From Poseidonia sp. (GTDB taxonomy: Archaea; Thermoplasmatota; Poseidoniia; Poseidoniales; Poseidoniaceae), in the NCBI GenBank assembly GCA_038118245.1, contig JAYOHN010000001.1, positions 14,122 to 78,121 of the forward strand: DNA of 64,000 bases, read 5' to 3'. The notes under the pieces are model-generated. The model worked only from the letters and a program-made list of their open reading frames with translations. It was not told the DNA's origin and did not search any database. The translations under genes and the position numbers were made by a program. Below are positions 27,319 to 35,376 of the stretch, one piece after another (within the stretch, counting starts at the first letter, position 1; each line of letters opens with the position of its first letter).

Positions 27319-29304
27319 TCACTCCTCTTCTGACGAGGAGGTGATGGCGTGGTCGCGCTTGATTTGAGCGATGGCGATGTCCAACTCTGGAAGGTTCAAT
27401 TCTCCGTCGCCGTCAAGGTCCATGCTCTCGACCAATTCAGCTGCTTCAATGCTGCTGAGGGCCGTGATGTTGGAGGCCTCAAGAGCGGCGAGGAACTCGC
27501 GGCTGTCGATCTTGCCGGATGCGTCGAGGTCCATGCTTCGGAACAGGTCGAAAACCGATTGATTGGTGTTCACGAGGTACTGAACGAAATCCACCAGGGC
27601 TTGAGCCGTCGTTTCTGGGAACTCGGTGATTTCGTCGTTGTGGAGAGCGGCCGCAACACCAATGACGGTGGAGCCTCCTTTCGGTTCTTCCCCTTCGCTT
27701 ACGAGCAATTCGGTGTCCACGCCCACCCCTCGCCCGATGAGGGTTCGAATGGTGGTGGAGGAACCGGCGACCAACGTGTACGTTGACACATCCGAGGTCG
27801 CCGTGGCTTCAATGGAACGGCCTGTGGAAGAAATGCCCGTTCGGATGGTGACCAGCGTTGCAAAGATGGTCCCGATGCCGAGGAGGTAAAACAGAGCCGC
27901 GCCCGTCAAGTAGAACCCACCGCTGTTGGCCACCACGTCTTCAATTTCAGAGGCCGCCACGGCCCGAGCCGTGAATTCGCCGGTGAGGTAGGTCAGTGTT
28001 GAGGCGACGCCGCCAATGAGCACCAACCACGAAGCGAGATGGGCGCTGGAGGGCGTTGCGAGGGGTTTGCCAATCGCCAGAGGGTAGTTGGTGAACACAC
28101 CAGCCATGACGAGAAGGCCACCGACCGTGAAGAACATGCCGAGATTCACAACATCCGCCATTGCCCCAAGTTCGCCCGTACCGACGAACGTGTCCATGGC
28201 GGTGAAGTACCCTCCAACAGCGAAGAAGGGCAAAGCGATGAAGGCCAAAACACCGGCGATGGCGCCTGGTTGTTTCACCGCTGCGCTCAACCCGCTGGAT
28301 GCGGTCATGATGATGTTGATCGAGGCGGCAAAAATCGGCAGCATCCCAAGGGTGAGCAGAATGGCGCCGAGGTTAGTGACGAAGTTGGTCGCCGAGGCCG
28401 CGGTCATGAAGAACGGTGGAACGGTGACGAAGAGCAGGAACATGCTGGCCGTCCGCATCGAGCCCGACCAGATGGGTTGCTTGGAAGCCATGGGGACCAC
28501 GTGATACCCCACGGCAAACATGAACGCCAGTGGAGCCCAACCCAAAGCAACCCGCTCACCAAACCAAACCACCTGCGTCGCATCGGCGAGTTCGCCGAAG
28601 AAAACGAAAAACATCGAGAGGATGTACGAGGCGAGCCCCATGATGAGGAACCATGCGCTCGTCTGAAGCTCTTGGTCACCGCGCTGAGCAACCGTGATGA
28701 GCACGTTGATGAACACCGGGAGCAACAACATGCCCACCACCAACGTTTCGAGGCTGAGAAGGAGCGTGCGGTAGGGATTTTCTGAGGTGTCAAGGTCCAG
28801 GAAACCAAAGATGACCGGAAGGATGTAGCTCGCCAAAAGGACTGCAGAGAGCAACACAGCCACCATTGAGGCGTTGGCTTCGCTTGCCAAACGGCCGTTG
28901 CCGTTCCGTGCTGCACCGACCATGGCGCTGCCCACCAAGCCGTAAAGCAAGGCAATGCTCAGGAAATTGACCGTAGCGTCCTCGAGCGCTGAGCCGTCAT
29001 CATACGACCAACCAACGCTGGCGAGTGAATCCAAGGCATGCGGGTCGTAGGAATGCCAGCCCCAAAGGAAGCCGAGAACGCTTGAAAAGACCAGCCAGAG
29101 CATGCCGAAGTTCATCCACGTCCGCGACCCGCTACCGTCCTTGTCGTCAAAGATATCGACCAAACCCGGTGGGTTCTTTCGCAGCACGAACAAGCCGATG
29201 TGTTGGAGGGCACCTCCCACGGTACCGACGCCCTTTGCAAGCGATTGGGAAAGCAAAAACAAGGCGCCTACCATGAAACCGCCAGCGAGGAAAACCGTTT
29301 CCAT
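27319..29304 (-). CDS. Polytopic membrane protein, CcoN (cbb3 oxidase subunit I)-like fold without metal ligands, with two C-terminal EF-hands
   Basis: About 12-13 TM helices with CcoN-like loop motifs (see findings). EF-hands DLDASGKIDSRE and DLDGDGELNLPE. Confidence 0.65.
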   Translation of the reverse strand: METVFLAGGFMVGALFLLSQSLAKGVGTVGGALQHIGLFVLRKNPPGLVDIFDDKDGSGSRTWMNFGMLWLVFSSVLGFLWGWHSYDPHALDSLASVGWSYDDGSALEDATVNFLSIALLYGLVGSAMVGAARNGNGRLASEANASMVAVLLSAVLLASYILPVIFGFLDLDTSENPYRTLLLSLETLVVGMLLLPVFINVLITVAQRGDQELQTSAWFLIMGLASYILSMFFVFFGELADATQVVWFGERVALGWAPLAFMFAVGYHVVPMASKQPIWSGSMRTASMFLLFVTVPPFFMTAASATNFVTNLGAILLTLGMLPIFAASINIIMTASSGLSAAVKQPGAIAGVLAFIALPFFAVGGYFTAMDTFVGTGELGAMADVVNLGMFFTVGGLLVMAGVFTNYPLAIGKPLATPSSAHLASWLVLIGGVASTLTYLTGEFTARAVAASEIEDVVANSGGFYLTGAALFYLLGIGTIFATLVTIRTGISSTGRSIEATATSDVSTYTLVAGSSTTIRTLIGRGVGVDTELLVSEGEEPKGGSTVIGVAAALHNDEITEFPETTAQALVDFVQYLVNTNQSVFDLFRSMDLDASGKIDSREFLAALEASNITALSSIEAAELVESMDLDGDGELNLPELDIAIAQIKRDHAITSSSEEE

Positions 29305-29318
29305 GCATCACACCTCCA

Positions 29319-29591
29319 TCACTCGGCGAGCACCTCGCCCACCAAAGTTGCAACGATGGCCCCGACGCCGACAAGGAACCCGATGAGGTAGTACCAGATT
29401 CCACTCCCACCCAAGTTTTGAACCAGGGGCACGATTTCGCCCAAAAGAGGCAAGTTGTCCCATCCGAAAACGTTTGAAAAGAGCGAATAAAGTCCAAGAA
29501 GCCCAACGAAGAAAAGCGTCAAGACAATCCGGCTGGCCGTGGGTTCACCCGTTCCGACGGTGGTGTCGGGGAGGGTTTGCGTGTTCGTCAT
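29319..29591 (-). CDS. Small 2-TM membrane protein
   Basis: MTNTQTLP...IVLTLFFVGLLGLYSLF...IWYYLIGFLVGVGAIVATLV. It ends 14 nt upstream of the next gene, whose RBS is GGAGGTG. Confidence 0.7.
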   Translation of the reverse strand: MTNTQTLPDTTVGTGEPTASRIVLTLFFVGLLGLYSLFSNVFGWDNLPLLGEIVPLVQNLGGSGIWYYLIGFLVGVGAIVATLVGEVLAE

Positions 29592-29697
29592 GCAGGGCAC
29601 CTCAAATTGACCCCATAGGGGACAAACCTGCGACTGGACGGGCGGTGATAAACATTCACCACGCTCAACGACGAAAAGGACGGGCTGCAAAGCGGCC

Positions 29698-30864
29698 TTA
29701 GGGCGAACGGAGCGCATCGATCGGTCGTCCACGGCGGGGTTTTGAGATGCCGAGGGGCACCGGCAGACGTCGCTCCAACATCACCTCGGTGTTCCAAACG
29801 GTGCGACAGGAGCAATCCAACCCTTCAAACTCGAGCAGGCTGCCTGACACGGCATAGCGTTCGATGGCTGCAACGACCTCGGCATCGCAGGAACCGCAAT
29901 TGTGGGACCCGCGTATTTTTCCTCCCGCCGTGGGGTGAACGATGAGACGGGACACTTGGTCTTCGTCGCCGTTGATGCCCCCGTTTGGGTGGATGAATCC
30001 ATGGGCTCGTTGAATCATTTCAACCAAGGACCAAAGCCACGGCGGTCGGTATTCGTTGTGCCGGTGAAGGCGGTCAATGACGGTGCCCCGCTGGATGTTC
30101 ATGGGGTTGACCGAAATCTCGTCCGAACGTGCCGCGACGGCTTTGATCCAAGCGACGCAATGGTCAAGCGCGTCGGCTTCGCTCATGAACGGCGGTTTGA
30201 ACATCAGGTAGGTTTTGATTCGAAGGTTGAAGCGCTCAAGGTTCGCAACGGCCCGATCCCATGCTGCGGTGGAAAAGCCCTTGTTCACGTGAAAGCGCAG
30301 CACTTCATCGTCGTAAGCCTCCAAGCCAATGGCCACGGTGAACTGGGGGTTGATGCTGGTCGCCCAGGCGAGTTTGGTTTCCGTGAGTTGTTCGCAACGG
30401 CTCTCAACGATGAGTTCTTTGCCCAATTCATGACAATCCTTCAACACGGTTTCCTGGAACGCCACCGGAATTTCACGGTCCTCAAGGAGGCTTCCTGAGG
30501 TGTAAACTTTCACCATGGCCTGCTCCTTGAAACCGTCGAATTTTTCTTTGGCTGCGGCCCACTGAGCGTGAAGGTCTTCGTTGGTCACGTCGTCACGGGT
30601 GTCGTTAAAGTAGCCACAAAACGTGCAACCAGAGGACCACCACCAGTGGCATCCTTTGGTTCGAAGAATCACGGTGACGGCCGAGCAAGGGGTCCCGTCC
30701 GCCAGCACCTCGGGCGTGGTGTACACCGTCGCTGGTTCTGAGGCATCCCAAGATTGTTGTTTGGCTTTGGCCCACGGGGTGTTGGCTGGCGCCTTCACCA
30801 AATCGTGAATCCGCAACCCCTTGTCACCGGAACCCAGCAGAGGCAGGGGGCTTGGTTTGGCCAT
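29698..30864 (-). CDS. Archaeosine biosynthesis radical SAM protein (RaSEA/TIGR01210-like)
   Basis: VILRTKGCHWWWSSGCTFCGY, VKVYTSGSLL, LIVESR, VAIGLE, VNKGF, KTYLMFKPPF, YRPPWLWS, RGSHNCGSCD. Confidence 0.9.
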   Translation of the reverse strand: MAKPSPLPLLGSGDKGLRIHDLVKAPANTPWAKAKQQSWDASEPATVYTTPEVLADGTPCSAVTVILRTKGCHWWWSSGCTFCGYFNDTRDDVTNEDLHAQWAAAKEKFDGFKEQAMVKVYTSGSLLEDREIPVAFQETVLKDCHELGKELIVESRCEQLTETKLAWATSINPQFTVAIGLEAYDDEVLRFHVNKGFSTAAWDRAVANLERFNLRIKTYLMFKPPFMSEADALDHCVAWIKAVAARSDEISVNPMNIQRGTVIDRLHRHNEYRPPWLWSLVEMIQRAHGFIHPNGGINGDEDQVSRLIVHPTAGGKIRGSHNCGSCDAEVVAAIERYAVSGSLLEFEGLDCSCRTVWNTEVMLERRLPVPLGISKPRRGRPIDALRSP

Positions 30865-30898
30865 GGTCTCACCCGGTATGGCGTCGGCGTTCTTGGTT

Positions 30899-31972
30899 TC
30901 AAACCACCGCATTGGACGCCCCGAGGCTCGTCTCAAAAAAACCAACCAAACGGTCTCGATAAGCATCGGGCTGCGTCAACATGAGCGTCACGTGCGAGAG
31001 CACGCCGGATTCCCCCCCGTCGTTGTGGGCCACCGCTGAAGAAGCAAACCAACACTCGACCGTCCCGTCCACATCAACGCTGGCTTGAGCGGTTTCACAC
31101 ATGGATTCCCCGTGATGGATGTTGATGCGGACGTCCTCGAGGGATTGGGTCACGAACACGGAGCGGTTACCCACCGCTTTCAACGCGTCAACCGGTTCGT
31201 GGTTAACCAGATCATCTCCTGAGGAAACCTTGCCTGCAAAAATGGCGGCATCTTTGAGGAAAGGTGGAAAACCAGCGAAAGCCAATTCCTCGGTGATGAT
31301 GGTGCCCATGGAAGAAAACGGCGATTCGAGGAAGATGGCTCGCAAGTCGTTCTCTTGCCCAAACGCAATGGTCGCCGCTCCAGTCCCCATCGAGACGCCG
31401 TACACACCAATCTTCTCGGCGGTTGTTCCCTTTTCATCCTGCAACCACTGCCACACGGTGAGAAGGTCACGGTATTCTCGTTGACCGGCGGAAACCAGGC
31501 CGTCCTCGAAGGTGCTGTTCCCGTGGTCCCTGACATCAAAAAGAATCACGTTGAATCCGGCTTGGTGCAACCAAGCCGCAGGGATCAACACCTCGTGATT
31601 CGCTTTGCACGAACGGATACCGTGAACCAAGATGACCCAAGGATGGCTGGCGTTGTGCTCCATGACCCAAGCCGCCAAGGTGATGGGCTCGTCATCAACA
31701 TCGATGGAAACGTTCGTCCAAGCATCGAACCACAACGGTTCAAGGGACGAAGCGAGGGTTTCGTTCTTCTGATGCGTGACCGTCGAGACGTCTTCGTGCC
31801 AGAGTTCGACGCTAAATTCACCCGGCGAGTTCCGAGCAGCGTGTCCCGAACAATCGGGGCTGCTCGCCGCAGCTTGGGTGTAGACCAAGTTCCCCAATTG
31901 AAAATACACGAAGGGCATGCTTGCGATGAGAAACACCAGAACGGCAGGGACGGTGCGCTTGATTCGGCTCAT
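30899..31972 (-). CDS. Secreted/membrane-anchored alpha/beta hydrolase
   Basis: N-terminal TM, VILVHG, FDVRDHGNS, nucleophile GVSMG, ESPF, EDVRI, C-terminal His. Confidence 0.85.
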   Translation of the reverse strand: MSRIKRTVPAVLVFLIASMPFVYFQLGNLVYTQAAASSPDCSGHAARNSPGEFSVELWHEDVSTVTHQKNETLASSLEPLWFDAWTNVSIDVDDEPITLAAWVMEHNASHPWVILVHGIRSCKANHEVLIPAAWLHQAGFNVILFDVRDHGNSTFEDGLVSAGQREYRDLLTVWQWLQDEKGTTAEKIGVYGVSMGTGAATIAFGQENDLRAIFLESPFSSMGTIITEELAFAGFPPFLKDAAIFAGKVSSGDDLVNHEPVDALKAVGNRSVFVTQSLEDVRINIHHGESMCETAQASVDVDGTVECWFASSAVAHNDGGESGVLSHVTLMLTQPDAYRDRLVGFFETSLGASNAVV

Positions 31973-32826
31973 TCTTCTTCCTCCAACGGGACGAACACCA
32001 CCGACGCACCCGCCAGCACATGCATGCCTTTGGGATGGTCGGGATGACCGTCCTCTGCGGTGATGATTGATGAATGGTAGTGCTTCGCTGGGACGCGAAG
32101 GTCAACTCTTGAACCCAAACGAATCATGCCGATGCGTTGACCTCTTCGAACCGGTCGCCCGTCGAGAAGAAACGGCACGACGGTTCGTGCCAGAGCCCCC
32201 GATATTTGGGCGATTTCAATTCGTAAACCGTTCTCAAGAAGGTGCACGGAACGCACTCGCTCGTTGAATTGGCTCTCTTTGGTGTACGCCGGACGAAACG
32301 GGCCGCGGCGGCGCCCTTTCCCGGTCCGGTGTTCCATCCGTTCAACCGAACCCGCTGCTGGCGCTCGATTGACGTGGACGTCCAACGGTGACATGAAAAT
32401 CGCCAATCGCCAAACATCGTCCTCCGCTTCTTCGCCTTCAGGGACCGGCTCGAATCGTTGTTCGGTTTGAAACGAAAGGGGTTTGTCCAGAGGTTCGGGG
32501 AACCAATCGCCCGTGACCGGGTCAAGTTCCACCCGGCCTGATTCAACGTGAGCCTTGGTCGGCCGCTGCCCGACGGCCCGTTCTCGCCTCAAAAACATCG
32601 CATGCCCGTCTGCGGGAGAGACCAAGACGCCAGGGGTGCGAGGGACAGGTCGGTCGGGATCTCGCCAAAAATATCCCAAAAACACGGCAGCCATCAAACA
32701 GAGCATCCCGAACAGCGGGACCAAGCCTGCAATCGGGTCGATGAAGGCCCCGATAACGAGGGCACTCACGCCCATCATGGTCATGGTCAGGACGGGGCCG
32801 TGGCCACCGGGGGCCAAACCGGCCAT
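31969..32826 (-). CDS. psd: Phosphatidylserine/archaetidylserine decarboxylase proenzyme
   Basis: FWRDPDR, VSPADG, IFMSPLDVHVNRAP, NERV, QISGALAR and the self-cleavage motif IRLGSRVD. Confidence 0.9.
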   Translation of the reverse strand: MAGLAPGGHGPVLTMTMMGVSALVIGAFIDPIAGLVPLFGMLCLMAAVFLGYFWRDPDRPVPRTPGVLVSPADGHAMFLRRERAVGQRPTKAHVESGRVELDPVTGDWFPEPLDKPLSFQTEQRFEPVPEGEEAEDDVWRLAIFMSPLDVHVNRAPAAGSVERMEHRTGKGRRRGPFRPAYTKESQFNERVRSVHLLENGLRIEIAQISGALARTVVPFLLDGRPVRRGQRIGMIRLGSRVDLRVPAKHYHSSIITAEDGHPDHPKGMHVLAGASVVFVPLEEEE

Positions 32827-32834
32827 GCCTCCAC

Positions 32835-33605
32835 CTACTCAGAAGCCCAAGGGTCAGCACCGTCGCCCCAACTTTCGGGCGGTGCTTCCTCTTCGGTCGT
32901 TTCTTCCGATGCTTCTGCGGGTGCTTCGGCTTCCGCAGACGCCTCAGGCTCTTCGGCTTCGGAAGCCTCTTCGACAACTTCCACGGCGGCCGTTGCTGCT
33001 TCTGCCTCTGCGGCTTGTGCCTCCTCTGCGGCCTGTTCTTCCGAACGTGCCTGAACCATTTCTTCCATGCGTTCGGTGAACACGCGAGACATGTGCTGGG
33101 ACTTCCGTTCAGACTCCACCGCCCGTTCGATCATCTCGTAACGTTCCTTGATGGCCTTGTTCAGGTCTTCAAATATCTGCATGTGGGCCACGTACCAATC
33201 GTCCCGTGCTTTCATTTCGGTCACGGCGAGACGCAAGTCGTTGTCCAGTTCCTCAGCAATGCCGAAGACCTTGCCCAAGCGATCTTTTTCGCGAGAATAT
33301 TTCTCTTCCATCTTCTCAAGTTCGGGTTCAAGGTGTTCAACCCGCTTGGACGATTTCGTGGCCCGCATCTCAAGTTCCCGGGCCCGAACGTCCTTTTCGG
33401 CGATGATGGATTCAAGCGATTCTTTTTCGATCTCGCGGTCGATGATTTCCTTTTCCAGGACCTCAATTTCAGCCTTGGCGTCAACGAGTTCTTTCTCCTG
33501 GGTCTCGTAGGCGGCGAACAGCTTCTGCAGGCGGTCGGTCTCGGTGGCCAGCGCCTCTTCGAGTTCCTTGATTCGCACATCAGGCGTGATGGTTCCTTCC
33601 GACAT
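32835..33605 (-). CDS. Long coiled-coil protein with acidic low-complexity tail
   Basis: About 190 aa of E/K/L/R heptads, then an E/A/P-rich tail ending SWGDGADPWASE. Confidence 0.8.
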   Translation of the reverse strand: MSEGTITPDVRIKELEEALATETDRLQKLFAAYETQEKELVDAKAEIEVLEKEIIDREIEKESLESIIAEKDVRARELEMRATKSSKRVEHLEPELEKMEEKYSREKDRLGKVFGIAEELDNDLRLAVTEMKARDDWYVAHMQIFEDLNKAIKERYEMIERAVESERKSQHMSRVFTERMEEMVQARSEEQAAEEAQAAEAEAATAAVEVVEEASEAEEPEASAEAEAPAEASEETTEEEAPPESWGDGADPWASE

Positions 33606-33709
33606 GGGTTCACCCGGAGGTCAAGCCTCCATCCAACCCCAGTCCCCTCCTCCCTATCAAGCCGACGCTCCGAAGAGCACCGAGATGACCGACATGATGG
33701 GGGTCTCGC

Positions 33710-34672
33710 TTAACGAAGCGCATCGGTGGCGGCGACCAATTCTCGGGCAATGCTCACCTCGCCCATCGAGTGACCGGCGTCGGGCACGATGACGAGGTTA
33801 CTATGAGGCATGGCTTGGTGGAGTTCCCAAGCGCTGCGGGTCGGGCAAACAACGTCGTATCGGCCTTGAACAATGACCGTAGGAATCTCCCGAAGGCGGT
33901 CAACGTGGTTGAGAATGTGGGCTTCCTCGACAAAGATGGCATTGATGAAGTAATGGCATTCAATTCGTGCAAACGCCACGGCGAAATCCAAATCTTCGGC
34001 CTTTTCCAAATACTCAGGGTCTGGGAAGAGACGGCTGGTCGCCATTTCCCACCGGGTCCATTCCTTCGCCGCGGCTCGCCGAACCTCAACATCATCGCTC
34101 GTTAGTCGGGCGTAATAGGCGCGAATCAAATCGCTTCGCTCGGCCTCGGGTATGTGAGTCCGGTACGGTTCAAACGCATCCGGGAAGATGTGACTCGCAC
34201 CGTCCTGATAGAACCAATGCAATTCCGACTTCCGGCACATGAAAATGCCTCGAAGAACAAGGCTGATCACCCTTTCAGGGTGGTGTTGGGCGTAAATGAG
34301 GGACAGGGTTGAACCCCATGAGCCTCCAAACACGTGCCAGCGGTCGATGCTAAGGTGCTCGCGAAGCCGTTCCATGTCGTGCACCGAGGCTTGGGTGGTG
34401 TTGTCGGTCAGTTCTGCGTACGGCGTTGATTGGCCACACCCCCGTTGACTGAATTGAACGATGTTAAACACAGTGGGGTCGAAGTACTGGCGGTAGGAAG
34501 GTTGGGCACCACCGCCCGGTCCACCGTGCACCACCAGCACCGGGATGCCCTCGGGGTTTCCACTTTGTTCCCAAGCGATGGTGTGGAGGTCCGACACCGG
34601 AAGCATGCCTGATTGGAAGGGTTCAATCGGAGGATAGAGAACATCTGCGAGGGTGGTCGCCGTGTTGAGCAT
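33710..34672 (-). CDS. pip: Proline iminopeptidase (S33)
   Basis: LYPPIEP, VHGGPGGG, QRGCGQS, FGGSWGSTL, LRGIF, GRYDVVCP, DAGHS. Confidence 0.96.
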   Translation of the reverse strand: MLNTATTLADVLYPPIEPFQSGMLPVSDLHTIAWEQSGNPEGIPVLVVHGGPGGGAQPSYRQYFDPTVFNIVQFSQRGCGQSTPYAELTDNTTQASVHDMERLREHLSIDRWHVFGGSWGSTLSLIYAQHHPERVISLVLRGIFMCRKSELHWFYQDGASHIFPDAFEPYRTHIPEAERSDLIRAYYARLTSDDVEVRRAAAKEWTRWEMATSRLFPDPEYLEKAEDLDFAVAFARIECHYFINAIFVEEAHILNHVDRLREIPTVIVQGRYDVVCPTRSAWELHQAMPHSNLVIVPDAGHSMGEVSIARELVAATDALR

Positions 34673-34749
34673 GCATCGTCCAAGCGCACCGCATGCATGT
34701 TCCTTTCGCTGTGGACAGGTTCATGGACGACCGCGCTCGGCCACACAGC

Positions 34750-35376
34750 ATGGGAAAGCGAGCGGCGACGGATTTGTTCAGCGAATGGGCCGACAACGGG
34801 CGGGACGAAGGCATGGAACGGGGTCACACCCCGAGCGTCACGGCCATGCTCGAGCATCTGTTTGACGGCGTGACTTCCCCTTTCACCGCCATTGACATCG
34901 GTTGCGGCAACGGGTGGGTGGTGCGAAAACTCGCTGAGCACCCGTTGTGTGTTCACGCTTCGGGCATTGATGGAGCAGCCTCAATGATTCAAAAAGCCAG
35001 GGATGTCGACCCGACCGGCGATTATGTCGAGGCGTTGTTGCCAGCGTGGGCACCGTCGGAACCGGTGGATTTGGTCCACACGATGGAATGCTTGTACTAC
35101 CTTCACGATCCTTTGGCGTTTCTGGTTGACGTGAACGAGCGGTGGATGAAACCCGGTGGGAAAATCGTGATCGGTGTGGACCACTATCTCGAGAACCCGT
35201 CCAGCCTTGATTGGGGTGTTTCGCTTCAGGTGCACATGACGACGCTGTCCATTGAGGCGTGGAAGCAAGGGTTGACGGACGCCGGCTTTGTTGATGTGCA
35301 AGCCCAACAGGTCGGAGCGAAAGAGGGTTGGAGCGGTACGTTGGTCCTGTCCGCATCCAAGCCCAGCCTTACCTGA
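34750..35376 (+). CDS. Class I SAM-dependent methyltransferase
   Basis: IDIGCGNGW, GIDGAASMI, MECLYY, KPGG. Start could be 34693 or 34723. Confidence 0.88.
   Translation: MGKRAATDLFSEWADNGRDEGMERGHTPSVTAMLEHLFDGVTSPFTAIDIGCGNGWVVRKLAEHPLCVHASGIDGAASMIQKARDVDPTGDYVEALLPAWAPSEPVDLVHTMECLYYLHDPLAFLVDVNERWMKPGGKIVIGVDHYLENPSSLDWGVSLQVHMTTLSIEAWKQGLTDAGFVDVQAQQVGAKEGWSGTLVLSASKPSLT

Noticed and set aside
27319..29304. Functional cbb3 oxidase or NO reductase
   Set aside because: The metal-ligand histidines are absent and there are no cytochrome c subunit genes nearby.
32860..33050. GCTTC/CTCTGC-rich quasi-repeats
   Set aside because: They simply encode the Glu/Ala-rich low-complexity tail of the coiled-coil protein.
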